Source of the DNA: Eledone cirrhosa
Lineage: Eukaryota
Assembly (NCBI GenBank): GCA_964016885.1
Contig: OZ024743.1
Coordinates: 304,916,001 to 304,980,000 of the forward strand
Reading direction: 5' to 3'
Length of the DNA: 64,000 bases
The notes beneath the pieces were generated by a model. It searched no databases and was not told where the DNA came from. It saw only the letters and a list, made by a program, of their open reading frames with translations. A program made the translations under genes and the position numbers. Numbering within the stretch: position 1 is the first letter of the stretch; the number at the start of each line of letters is the position of its first letter. Of this stretch, positions 26,701 through 41,700 are shown one piece after another.

Positions 26701-29700
26701 TCTTCTTCTTCCTGAGAGAGTCAGATGTGATGGAGGCAGAGTCCTCAAACGCTCCTTCCAGCAGGTCCTATCAGAAGCAATCTTCTCCAATTGGTTTAGC
26801 CATAAAATCTGTCCAGTAATTCTTTCCTAAGACATTCTGAACACATAACCCTAATATCGGAGCTGTGATCTTGCTATTTGGAGAAATAGTGGTTCTACTT
26901 GAAGTGTCTTTTTTATCTCCGAGCTATGCACACTGTTGAGTAACATTAATCCAAAACCCTTCGGAGGGACCCCATTCATGATGGTATTTTTGGGGTCATC
27001 AACTATTTTGACATTCATTTCAGAAAATGTTCATAATGATGATGATAATCTCTTTCATCCTGACCACCACCACCATCATTATCACCATCATCACCCTTAC
27101 AGGTATCAAGGTTTACACAAATTGATTGAACTGTGTTTAAGAGGAATCTGATGTGGTGTACAAGAGAGAAGACTGTGTTAGTACAGACATGTGATGTGTA
27201 TGGATGATGATCATTGGGTGAAGAAGTGCCAAGTAACCCAAGTGCTAGGAAACTGTAGTAGAGGTAGACCAAGTGAAAGAGAGGAACATGCCCAGACTGC
27301 AATGTTAGTATGGTTATCAGATAGCCAAAAGCATAGTTTATCTGGAATAATAGATATGTGGCTGACTAAAAATTATAGATGTGATCTTCCTTATTAGCTG
27401 CTCAATAATAGATGTGATCTTCATTATTAGCTGATCAATAATAGGTATGATCTTCTTTAACTGATCAATAATAGGTATGATTTTTATAATTAGCTGATCA
27501 ATAATAGATATGACCTTCATTAACAGATCAATAATTGGTGGATCTTTATTATCAACTGACCAATAATCAGTATCATCTTAATTATCAAATGATCAATAAC
27601 AGATATGATCTTTATTATCAACTGATCAATAATCAGTATGATCTTCATTATCAATCAAGTAATATCAATTTGACATGAATCTAATCAAAAGATTAGCATT
27701 TGATTATAAAGTTGGCAAAATTGTGATGTGGCTCAACTAAAGTTGGCAAAATTGGTAGCTGGCTCAACTAAAGTTGGCAAAATTGTTAGCTGGCTTAACT
27801 AAAGTTGGCAAAATTGTTAGCTGGCTTAACTAGCGTTGGCAAAATTGTTAGCTGGGTCTACTAAAGTTGGCAAAATTGTTAGTTGGCACAACTAAAGTTG
27901 GCAAAATTGTTAGCTGGTTCAAATAAAGTTGACAAAATTGTTAGCTGGCTTAACTAAAGTTGGCAAAATTGTTATGTGCCTCAACTAAAGTTGGCAAAAT
28001 TGTTTGCTGGCTTAACTAAAGTTGGCAAAATTGTTAGCTGGCTCAACTAAAGTTAACAAATCACTCTGTATCCCGAATCTAAAGCTCAGAAAACTCAGTT
28101 ACATCATTTATATCTCTACTATTAATAAAATAACTACCAGTAGGGTGTGGCAATTAAAATAATTCAGCTGCCTCAGTTTTTTTTTTTCAATTAGTCTCAT
28201 CTTTAATCCAAACTAATCAATATCTTAATTATTATTTTCTTTATTAAAACAGATCAAAAAAGCTTATATAAATTAGTTGGTGGTCGAAATTTGATGTCTG
28301 GCAGAGTTCAAATGCATTACTTTTCAGATTACTTTAGTGTATGTGGATACATTAATGCGGATCAGATATGCTCTGAATTTGGTTTCAAGTAAATATTTTT
28401 TCTATATTTATTATGTTGATCGTAGTGCTAAAATGATAAATAAATGTGTAGTTTTCTCTAAACTGATGAAATATGAAATGTTGCTTGTTTTTCACTTAGA
28501 ATTCAACTGTTTTACCTACCTTTTCATGTTCATAGTAATAGCAATGATAGGTGTGTATGTGTGTCTTCAATGCATTTATGTACACACTATGGAAGCTTCA
28601 TCTAATATAGTTATTGTTATAGTTATGAATAAATTGCTTTTAGTTTATGCCTATGCGATATGAGCCACACATACAAAAGCAATAAAAATAAGATGTTTAT
28701 CTCTGGCACCTTATTCTTCTTCTTCTTCTTCTTGAGAGGTTTGTGGGAGCAGAGTCCTCAAACACTCCTTCCAGCAGGTCTTGTCAGAAGCAATCATCTC
28801 CAACTGAACCAGCTGGATCTCCAAGTGAGACCAGCAAAGCTCATAGTTCGTAGTTCAGGAAATTATAACAACTCTATTCACACATTTACACCATTAATTA
28901 AAAGCAATTCATTATTTCTATTAATTACAGATTGTCCAGAGGGAACCCACATGTGTTCAGACAATACAAAGTGTATTGATGAACCTCATGGATGTTATCC
29001 AACCTTCTCGCTCGGGGTCTACCTCTGGGCCTGCTGCCAGTTGGTTTTGCCTGTAAAATCTGTCCAGTAATTCTTTCCTGAGACATTCTAACCACATACT
29101 CATAGTATAGGGCTATGACTTCTCAATTAGGAGAAGTAGCAACTCTACTTGAAGTGACTCTCTGATCTCCGAGCTATGCACTTTATCAAGTAACATTAAG
29201 CCAAAGACCTTTCGAAGAAACCCAATTTGACTGCTTGTATTTGCAACCAAAGTCTTTAGGGCATTACACTCATTCATAAATTAAAACTTTATGACAGTAA
29301 AATCATAAGTTTGCATGACAAATAAAAGAACCAAAACAAGTTCCATTCGTATGTTATTGATCCAATTGACAAACCATCCCTCCCATGAATGCTTAACTAA
29401 TGCTAATCATACTTCATAGTTAAGTAATTAGTAATATAGAAAGTATCCAGTAATAAAATAAATTTTATTCAACAAACTATCTTACATAAACAAGCATAGT
29501 AAATTGAGGGTAAAGCTATAAAATAAATGGAACATAATATACCAAATAAAATCAAAATATTAAATATTATTTTTTAAAGTAATTACCTGAATTTCTTTTC
29601 TATTACAGTGGCCCCTCTTTTCAACGAAATCAGAATCATTATGTCACAGAAGATTATATCCATTGTCGAGAATATTTCAGATTTTTGAAATGTTCTCAGA

Positions 29701-32700
29701 GATACTGTAGCAGCAGATGTTATTGTAATGCATTGTATGTGTCTTGTTCTAATACAAGTAAGTTGTAATTAATTGTCTTCTTCTTCTTCTTTTTCTTCTT
29801 TTTATTCTTCTTCTTCTTCTTCTTCCTCTTGTCTCACTTATTCATGAGAGAGTCAGAGAGTGATGGAGGCAGAGTCCTCAAAGACTCCTTCCATCAAGTC
29901 ATGTCAGAAGCAACCATCTCCATCATATTCAGCCAAGCTCATAGATGTTATCCAACCGATGTTACTCAATTCATTCAATAACGTGATAATGCTGATGGCA
30001 TGATGAAATGTTGACAGTCCTCCCAGTAATGTGGTATTGCTAGCACCATAATAAAATACTCCCAATACATGCTGTAAAGTGATAGTGTTGGTGTCATGAT
30101 AAAATACTCCCAATACATGCTATAAAGTGGTAGTGTTGGTGTCATGATAAAATACTCCCAATACACGCTGTAAAGTGGTAGTGTTGGTGTCATGATAAAA
30201 TACACCCAATATAAGCTATAAAGTGGTAGTGTTGGTGTCATGATAAAATACACCCATACATGTTATAAAGTGGTAGTGTTGGTGTCATGATAAAATACTC
30301 CCAATACATGCTATAAAGTGGTAGTGTTGGTGTCATGATAAAATACTCCCAATACATGCTATAAAGTAATAGAATTGGTGTCATGATAAAATACTCCCAA
30401 TACATGCTATAAAGTGATAGAATTGGTGTCATGATAAAATACTCCCAATACATGCTATAAAGTGGTAGTGTTGGTCTCATGATAAAATACTCCCAATACA
30501 TGCTATAAAGTGGTAGTGTTGGTGTCATGATAAAATACGCCCAATACATGCTATAAAGTGGTAGTGTTGGTGTCATGATAAAATACTCCCAATACATGCT
30601 ATAAACTGGTAGTTTGGGTGTCATCATAAAATACTCCCAATACATGCTATAAAGTGATACAATTAGTGTCATGATAAAATACTCCCAATACATGCTATAA
30701 AGTGATAGAATTGGTGTCATGATAAAATATACCCAATACATGCTATAAAGTGGTAGTGTTGGTCTCATGATAAAATACTACCAATACATGCTATAAAGTG
30801 GTAGTGTTGGTGTCATGATAAAATACACCCAATACATGCTATAAAGTGGTAGTGTTGGTGTCATGATAAAATACTCCCAATACATGATATAAAGTGGTAG
30901 AGTTGATGTCATGATAAAATCTCGCCGAGGTTGACTTTGCCTTTCATCATTAGTGTTTAGTGTCATGATAAAATACACACCAATACATGACTTTGCCTTT
31001 CATCAGTAGTTTTAGTGTCATGATAAAATATACCCAATACATGCTATAAAGTGGTAGTGTTGGTGTCATGATAAAATACTCCCAATACATGCTATAAAGT
31101 GGTAGTGTTGGTGTCATGATAAAATACACCCAATACATGCTATAAAGTGATAGTTTGGGTGTCATGATAAAATACTCCCAATACATGATATAAAGTGGTA
31201 GAGTTGATGTCATGATAAAATCTCGCCGAGGTTGACTTTGCCTTTCATCATTACAGGGTCGATAAAATAAAGTACCAGTAATGAACTGGGTAATTGCTGG
31301 CCTTGTGCCTAAAGTAGAAACAATTATATGCTATAAAGTGGTAGAATTGGTGTCATGATAAAATACACCCATTATCATCATTATCTATAAAAGGCAGATA
31401 TTTGTGTCTGTATGTATGTTTCAATTTTATACATTTGCACAATTTCAAACCGATTCGACTGAATGTCTGTAAGAATGTTGTAAATGGTCTAACTTAGGTC
31501 AGCGACTATTTATTTATTTCAAACTCACCCACAATTACGGAAATAATCGATAAAACTAAATACATGACGCTTTAACCCTCTAATAGAATCTGCTTACCTC
31601 TCTCTACTCCCCTTAAAATTCGATAAAACTACATACATGCTGCAACTTTCTCTTATATACGCTTAAACTTACAAACTTCCTTTAGGAACGCCGAAGAGAG
31701 GAGAGAGAGAGAGAGAGAGAGATAGAGAGCGTTTGTTTTTGAGTGTGGAACGGTCAAACATTTATTTACTTCAATGACAACAAAGATTATTACATTTCAT
31801 ACGAAACAACAATTATTCAAAAGCAACAGATAAATGTATTCAACAACAAAAAAACACCGATAAATCTGTTTTACAACATCTCTCAACGAACGTGGAAGAT
31901 CTCACCCCTCCCTACTGTTTTAAATTTAGAAAACACACATTAGACAACCATGCAGAACAACTCCATCGCAGCTCTGTTGTTCGGCTGGCAATAATATACT
32001 CTATGGGTTCACTAAACCTGCTAGAAACAGCAGCTAACTCTCCCTCATATCTCACCCCTCCCTACTGTTTTAAATTTAGAAAACACACATTAGACAACCA
32101 TACAGAACAACTCCATCGCAGCTCTGTGTTCGGCTGGCATCGTCTACGCGCATGTTGCGCAAGTACTGTGAAACAATAAATTTCAACACTTCTTTGCACA
32201 GAGATAATATCCATAGGCGAAACTACAATTGTAACTGCTGGCGCAGCTCCTGCTTCGGCAGTCCAGGTCTGCAATTCATTCACCCAGTGCATGGCAGACA
32301 AAAAAGTGCTGCCATAAAATGGGTGATGCAACCTAACTTTGGTAACTTACTGACCCCGAGCAACACCGGGCTTTAACGCTAGTATGCTATAAAGTGGTAG
32401 AATTGGTGTCATGATAAAATACACCCAATACAAGCTATACATTGGTAGAGTTGGTGTCATGATAAAATATACCCATTATATGCTATAAAGTGGTAGAATT
32501 GGTGTCATGATAAAATACACCCAATACAAGCTATAAAGTGGTAGAGTTGGTGTCATGATAAAATACTCCCATTATATGCTGTAAAGTGGTAGAATTGGTG
32601 TCATGATAAAATACACCAAATACAAGCTATAAAGTGGTAGTGTTGGTGTCATGATAAAATACTCCCAATAGACGCTATAAAGTGGTAGTGTTGGTGTCAT

Positions 32701-35700
32701 GATAAAATACTCCCAATACATGCTATAAAGTAGTAGAATTGGTGTCATGATAAAATATACCCAATACAAGCTATAAAGTGGTAGAATTGGTGTCATGATA
32801 AAATACACCCAACACATGCTGTAAAGTGCTAGTTTTGGTGTCATGATAAAATACTCCCAATACTTGCTGTAAAGTGGTAGCGTTGGTGTCATGATAAAAT
32901 ACACCCAATACTTGCTATAAAGTTGTAGAGTTGGTATCATGATAAAATACTGCCAATACTTGCTGTAAAGTGGTAGTGTTGCTGTTAAGATAAAATACAC
33001 CCAATACATGTTGTAAAGTGTGAGTGTTGGTGTCATAATAGAATATGCCCAATACATGCTATGAAGTGGTAGTATTGGTGTAATGATAAAATACTCCCAA
33101 TACATGCTGTAAAGTGGTAGTGTTGGTGTCATGATAACATACTCCCAATACATGCTATAAAGTGGTGGTGTTGGTGTCATGATAAAATACTGACAATACA
33201 TGCTGTAAAGTGATAGTGTTCGTGTCATGTTAAAATACTCCCAATACATGTTGTAAAGAGTTAGTGTTGGTGTCATAATAAAATATACCCAATACATGCA
33301 GTAAAGTGGTAGTGTTGGTGTCATGATAAGACACCCAATACATGTTGTAAAGAGTTAGTATTGGTGTCATAATAAAATATACCCAATACATGCTATAAAG
33401 TGGTCGTGTTGGTGTCATGATAAAGTATACCCAATACATGCCGTAAAGTGGTAGTGTTGGTATCATGATAAAATAGTCCCAATACAAGCTTTAAAGTGGT
33501 AGAGTTGGTGTCATGATAAAATACACCCAATACATGCTATAAGTGGTAGTGTTGGTGTCATGATAAAATACTCCCAATACATGCTATAAAGTGGTAGTGT
33601 TGGTGTCATGATAAAATATACCCAATACATGTTGTAAAGTGGTAGTGTTGGTGTCATGATAAAATATACCCAATACATGCTATAAAGTGGTAGAGTTGGT
33701 GTCATGATAAAATACTCCCAATACATGCTATAAAGTGGTAGTGTTGGTGTCATGATAAAATATACCCAATACATGCTATAAAGTGGTAGAGTTGGTGTCA
33801 TGATAAAATACTCCCAATACATGCTATAAAGTGGTAGTGTTGGTGTCATGATAAAATATACCCAATACATACTATTAAGTGGTAGTGTTGGTGTCATCAT
33901 AAAATACTCCCAATACATGCTATAAAGTGGTAGAGTTGATGCCATGATAAAATCTCGCCGAGGTTGACTTTGCCTTTCATCCTTATGGGGTCGATAAAAT
34001 AAAGTACCAGTAATGAACTGGATTATTGCTGGCCTTGTGCCTAAAGTAGAAAGAATTGGTGTCATGATAAAATACACCCAATACAAGCCATAAACTGGTA
34101 GTGTTGGTGTCATGATAAAATACTCCCAATACATGCTATAAAGTGGTAGAATTGGTGTCATGATAAGATACACCCATTATATGCTATAAAGTGGTAGAAT
34201 TGGTGTCATGATAAAATACTCCCAGTATATGCTATAAAGTGGTTATGTTGGTATCATGACAAAATACATCCCAATACAAGCTATAAAGTGGTAGTGTTGG
34301 TGTCATGATAAAATACCCCATAAAGTGGTAGAATTGGTGTCATGATAAGATACACCCTTTATATGCTATAAAGTGGTAGAATTGGTGTAGTGTTGGTGTC
34401 ATGATAAAATACCCCATTATATGCTATAAAGTGGTAGATTTGGTGTCATGATAAAATACACCCAATACATGCTATAAAGTGGTAGAATTGGTGTCATGAT
34501 AAAGTACACCCAATACATGCTATAAAGTGGTAGTGTTGGAATCATTATAAAATATACCCAATACATGCTATAAAGTGGTAGTGTTGGTGTCATGATAAAA
34601 TACACCCAATACACGCTATAAAGTGGTAGAGTTGGTGTCATGATAAAATATACCCAATACATGCTATAAAGAGCATGTCTTGGGTATATTTTATCATGAG
34701 ACAAACTCTACCACTTTATAGCATGTATTGGGTATATTTTATCATGAAACCAACACTACCACTTTACAGCATGTATTGGGTATATTGTATCATGACACAA
34801 AAACTACCACTTTATGGCAGGTATTGAGTATATTGTATTAAAACTACCACTTTATAGCATGTATTGTGAGTATTTTATCATGACACCAACACTACCTCTT
34901 TATAGCATGTATTGGCTATATTTTATCATGACACCACCACTTTATAGCATGCATTGGGATTATTTTATCGTGACACCAACACTACCACTTTATAGCATGT
35001 ATTGGGAGTATTTTATCATGACACCAACACTAGCTCTTTATAGCATGTATTGACTATATTTTATCATGACACCCAATACAAGCTATACATTGGTAGAGTT
35101 GGTGTCATGATAAAATATACCCATTATATGCTATAAAGTGGTAGAATTGGTGTCATGATAAAATATACCCAATACACGTTGTAAAGTGGTAGTGTTGGTG
35201 TCATAATAAAATATACCCAATACATGTTGTTAAGAGTTAGTGTTGGTGTCATAATAAAATACTCCCAATACATGTGGTAAAGTGGTAGTGTTGGTGTCAA
35301 AATAAAATATACCCAATACAAGCTATAAAGTGGTAGTGTTGGTGTCATGATAAAATATACCCAATATATGCTATAAAGTGGTAGTGTTGGTGTCATAATA
35401 AAATATACCCAATACATGCTGTAAAGTGGTAGTGTTGGTTTCATGATAAAATATACCCAATACATGCTATAAAGTGGTAGTGTTGGTGTCATGATAAAAT
35501 ATACCCAATACATACTCTAAAGTGGTATTGTTGGTGTCATAATAAAATATACCCAATACATGCTGTAAAGTGGTAGTGTTGGTTTCATGATAAAATATAC
35601 CCAATACATGCTATAAAGTGGTAGTGTTGGTGTCATGATAAAATACTCCCAATACACACTGTAAGGTGGTAGAGTTAGTGTCATGATAAAATATAGCCAA

Positions 35701-38700
35701 TACATGCTATAAAGAGGTAGTGTTGGTGTCATGATAAAATACTCCCAATACATGCTATAAAGTGGTAGTGTTGGTGTCATGATAAAATACAGCCAATACA
35801 TGCTATAACGTGGTAGTGTTGGTGTCATCATAAAATACTCACAATACATGCTATAAAGTGGTAGAGTTGATGTCATGATAAAATCTCGCCGAGGTTGACT
35901 TTGCCTTTCATCCTTACGGGGTCGATAGAATGAAGTACTAGTAATGAACTGAGTAACTGCTGGCTTTGTGCCTAAAGTAGAAACAATTATATGCTATAAA
36001 GTGGTAAAATTGGTGTCATGATAAAATACACACATTATATGCTACAAAGTGGTAGAATTGGTGTCATGATAAAATACACCCATTACAAGCTATAAAGTGG
36101 TAGAGTTGGTGTCATGATAAAATACACCCAATACATACTATAAAGTGGTGGTGTCATGATAAAATATACCCAATACATGCTATAAAGAGGTAGTGTTGGT
36201 GTCATGATAAAATATACTCAATATATGCTATAAAGTGGTAGTTTTGGTGTCATGATAAAATACTCCCAATACATGCTATAAAGTGGTAGAATTGGTGTCA
36301 TGATAAAATACACCCAATACATGCTGTAAAGTGCTAGTTTTGATGTCATGATAAAATATACCCAGTACATGCTATAAAGTGGTAGCGTTGGTGACATGAT
36401 AAAATACTCCCAATACACGCTATAAAGTGGTAGAATTGGTGTCATGATAAATTACACCCAATACATGTTGTAAATTGGTAGTTTGGTGTTATGATAAAAT
36501 ATACCCAATACACGTTGTAAAGTGGTAGTGTTGGTGTCATAATAAAATATACCCAATACATGTTGTTAAGAGTTAGTGTTGGTGTCATAATAAAATACTC
36601 CCAATACATGCTGTAAAGTGGTAGTGTTGGTGTCAAAATAAAATATACCCAATACAAGCTATAAAGTGGTAGTGTTGGTTTCATGATAAAATATACCCAA
36701 TATATGCTATAAAGTGGTAGTGTTGGTGTCATAATAAAATATACCCAATACATGCTGTAAAGTGGTAGTGTTGGTTTCATGATAAAATATACCCAATACA
36801 TGCTATAAAGTGGTAGTGTTGGTGTCATGATAAAATATACCCAATACATACTCTAAAGTGGTAGTGTTGGTGTCATGATAAAATATACCCAATACATGCC
36901 ATAAAGTGGTAGTGTTGGCGTTATGATAAAATACTCGCAATACATGCTATAAAGTGGTAGTGTTGGTGTCATGATAAAATACTCCCAATACATGTTGTAA
37001 AGTGGTAGTGTTGGTGTCATGATATAATACACCCAATACATGCTATAAAGTGTTAGTATTGGTGTCATGATAAAATACTCCCAATACATGTTGTAAAGTG
37101 GTAGTATTGGTGTCATGATAAAATACTCCCAATACACACTGTAAGGTGGTAGAGTTAGTGTCATGATAAAATATAGCCAGTACATGCTATAAAGAGGTAG
37201 TGTTGGTGTCATGATAAAATACTCCCAATACATGCTATAAAGTGGTAGTGTTGGTGTCATGATAAAATACAGCCAATACATGCTGTAACGTGGTAGTGTT
37301 GGTGTCATCATAAAATAATCACAATACATGGTATAAAGTGGTAGAGTTGATGTCATGATAAAATTTCGCCGAGGTTGACTTTGCCTTTCATCCTTACGTG
37401 GTCGATAAAATGAAGTACTAGTAATGAACTGGGTAACTGCTGGCCTTGTGCCTAAAGTAGAAACAATTATATGCTATAAAGTGGTAAAATTGGTGTCATG
37501 ATAAAATACACCCATTACAAGCTATAAAGTGGTAGAGTTGGTGTCATGATAAAATACACCCAATACATACTATAAAGTGGTGGTGTCATGATAAAATATA
37601 CCCAATACATGCTATAAAGAGGTAGTGTTGGTGTCATGATAAAATATACTCAATATATGCTATAAAGTGGTAGTTTTGGTGTCATGATAAAATACTCCCA
37701 ATACATGCTATAAAGTGGTAGCGTTGGTGACATGATAAAATACTCCCAATACACGCTATAAAGTGGTAGAATTGGTGTCATGATAAATTACACCCAATAC
37801 ATGTTGTAAATTGGTAGTTTGGTGTTATGATAAAGTATACCCAATACACGTTGTAAAGTGGTAGTGTTGGTGTCATAATAAAATATACCCAATACATGTT
37901 GTTAAGAGTTAGTGTTGGTGTCATAATAAAATACTCCCAATACATGCTGTAAAGTGGTAGTGTTGGTGTCAAAATAAAATATACCCAATACAAGCTATAA
38001 AGTGGTAGTGTTGGTTTCATGATAAAATATACCCAATACATGCTATAAAGTGGTAGTGTTGGTGTCATGATAAAATATACCCAATACATACTCTAAAGTG
38101 GTAGTGTTGGTGTCATGATAAAATATACCCAATACATGCCATAAAGTGGTAGTGTTGGCGTTATGATAAAATACTCGCAATACATGCTATAAAGTGGTAG
38201 TGTTGGTGTCATGATAAAATACTCCCAATACATGTTGTAAAGTGGTAGTGTTGGTGTCATGATAAAATACTCCCAATACACACTGTAAGGTGGTAGAGTT
38301 AGTGTCATGATAAAATATAGCCAGTACATGCTATAAAGAGGTAGTGTTGGTGTCATGATAAAATACTCCCAATACATGCTATAAAGTGGTAGTGTTGGTG
38401 TCATGATAAAATACAGCCAATACATGCTATAACGTGGTAGTGTTGGTGTCATCATAAAATACTCACAATACATGCTATAAAGTGGTAGAGTTGATGTCAT
38501 GATAAAATCTCGCCGAGGTTGACTTTGCCTTTCATCCTTACGGGGTCGATAAAATGAAGTACTAGTAATGAACTGGGTAACTACTGGCCTTGTGCCTAAA
38601 GAAGAAACAATTATATGCTATAAAGTGGTAGAATTGGTGTCATGATAAAATACACACATTATATGCTACAAAGTGGTAGAATTGGTGTCATGATAAAATA

Positions 38701-41700
38701 CACCCATTACAAGCTATAAAGTGGTAGAGTTGGTGTCATGATAAAATACACCCAATACATACTATAAAGTGGTGGTGTCATGATAAAATATACCCAATAC
38801 ATGCTATAAAGAGGTAGTGTTGGTGTCATGATAAAATATACTCAATATATGCTATAAAGTGGTAGTTTTGGTGTCATGATAAAATACTCCCAATACATGC
38901 TATAAAGTGGTAGAATTGATGTCATGATAAAATACACCCAATACAAGCTATAAAGAGGTAGAATTGGTGTCATGATAAAATACACCCAATACATGCTGTA
39001 AAGTGCTAGTTGTGATGTCATGATAAAATATACCCAGTACATGCTATAATGTGGTAGCGTTGGTGTCATGATAAGATACACCCAATACATGCTATAAAGT
39101 GGTAGTGTTCGTGTCATGTTAAAATACTCCCAATACATGTTGTAAAGAGTTAGTGTTGGTGTCATGATAAAATACTCCAATTATCTGCTATAAAGTGGTA
39201 GAATTGGTGTCATGATAAAATACACCCAATACATGCTATAAAGTGGTAGTGTTGGTATCATGATAAAATAGTCCCAATACATGCTATAAAGTGGTAGTGT
39301 TGGTGTCATGATAAAATACTCCCATTACATGTTGTAAAGTGGTAGTGTTGGTGTCATGATAAAATACTCCCAATACATGTTGTAAAGTGGTAGTGTTAGT
39401 GTCATGATAAAATTCTCCCAATACATGCTGTAATGTGGTAGTGTTGGTGTCATGATAAAATACTCCCAATACATGCTATAAAGTGGTAGTGTTGGTGTAA
39501 TGACAAAACTCTCCCAATACACGCTGTAAAGTGGTAGTGTTGGTGTCATGATAAAATATACCCAATACATGTCATAAAGTGGTAGTTTTGGTGTCATGAT
39601 AAAATATACCCAATACATGCTATAAAGTGGTAGAGTTGGTGTCATGTTAAAATACACCCAGTACATATTATAAAGTGGTAGTGTTGGTGTCATGACAAAA
39701 TACTCACAATAAATGCGATAAAGTGGTATTGTTTGTGTCATGATGAAATACTCCCAGTACATGATATTAAGTGGTAGTGTTGGTGTCATGATAAAATACG
39801 CCGTATATATATTGTAACTTGGTAGAATTGCTTTCAGGATAAAATATACCCAATACATGCTATAAAGTGGTAGTGTTGTTGTCATGATAAAATACTCCCA
39901 ATACATGCAATAAAGTTGTAGTTTTGGTGTCATGATAAAATACTCCCAATAAATATTGTAAATTAGTAGAGTTGGTGTCATGATAAAATACTCACAATAT
40001 AGCTATAAAGTGGTAGTTTTGGTGTCATGATAAATTACACCCAATACATGCTGTAAAGTGGTAGTGTTGGTGTCATGATAAAATATACCCAATACATGCT
40101 ATAAAGTGGTAGTTTTGGTGTCATGATAAAATACTCCCAATACATGCTATAAAGTGGTAGTGTTGGTGTCATGATAAAATATACCCAATACATGCTATAA
40201 AGTGGTAGTTTTGGTGTCATGATAAAATACTCCCAATACATGCTATAAAGTGGTAGTGTTGGTGTCATGATAAAATACACCCAATACATGTTGTAAAGTG
40301 GTAGTGTTGGTGTCATGATAAAATACTCCCAATACATGCTATAAAGTGGTAGTTTTGGTATCATTATAAAATACTGCCAATAAATATTGTAAATTAGTAG
40401 ATTTGGTGTCATGATAAAATACTCATGATACATGCTATAAGGTGGTAGTGTTAGTGTCATGATAAAATACTCCCAATACACGCTATAAAGTGGTAGTGAT
40501 GGTATCATGATAAAATATACCCAATTCATGCTATGAAGTGGTAGTGTTGGTGTCATGATAAAATATACCTTAGACATGCTATAAGGTGGTAGTGTTGGTA
40601 TCATGATAAAATACTCTGAATGCATGCTATAAAGTGGTAGTGTTGGTCTCATAAATTATACCCAATACATGCTATACATTGGTAATGTTGGTATCATGAT
40701 AGAATACTCCCAATAGATGTAAATTAGTAGAGTTGGTGTCATGATAAAATACTCACAATACATGCTATAAAGTGGTAGTGTTAGTGTCATGATAAAATAT
40801 ACCCAATACATGCTATAAAGTGGTAGTGTTGGTGTCATGATAAAATATACCCAATACAAGATATAAAGTGCTAATTTTGGTGTCATGATAAAATACTCCC
40901 AATACATGCTGTAAAGTGTTATTGTTGGTGTCATGATAAAATACTCCCAATGCACGCTATAAAGTGGTATTGTTGGTGTCATGATAAAATATACCCAATA
41001 CATGCTGTAAAGTGGTAGTGTTGGTGTCATGATCAAATATACCTAATACATGCTGTAAAGTGGTAGTGTTGGTGTCATGATAAAATACTCACAATACATG
41101 CTATAAAGTGGTAGTTTTGGTGTCATGATAAATTACACCCAATACATGCTGTAAAGTGGTAGTGTTGGTGTCATGATAAAATATACCCAATACATGCTAT
41201 AAAGTGGTAGTGTTGGTGTCATGATAAAATACTCCCTATACATGCTGTAAAGTGGTAGTGTTGGTGTCATGATAAAATACACCCAATACATGCTATAAAG
41301 TGGTAGTGTTGGTGTCATGATAAAATACTCCCAATACATGCTATAAAGTGGTAGTTTTGGTATCATGATAAAATACTCCCAATAAATATTGTAAATTAGT
41401 AGAGTTGGTGTCATGATAAAATACTCATGATACATGCTATAAGGTGGTAGTGTTAGTGTCATGATAAAATACTCCCAATACACGCTATAAAGTGGTAGTG
41501 ATGGTGTCATGATAAAATATACCCAATACATGCTATGAAGTGGTAGTGTTGGTGTCATGTTAAAATATACCTTAGACATGCTATAAGGTGGTAGTGTTGG
41601 TATCATGATAAAATACTCTGAATACATGCTATAAAGTGGTAGTGTTGGTCTCATAAAATATACCCAATACATGCTATACATTGGTAATGTTGGTATTATG

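Noticed and set aside
28660-29070. 136-aa ORF as a constitutive exon or separate gene
   Set aside because: The LDLa repeat is cut after three Cys, there is no donor site, and the phase does not fit exon 7; kept only as a pseudo-exon finding
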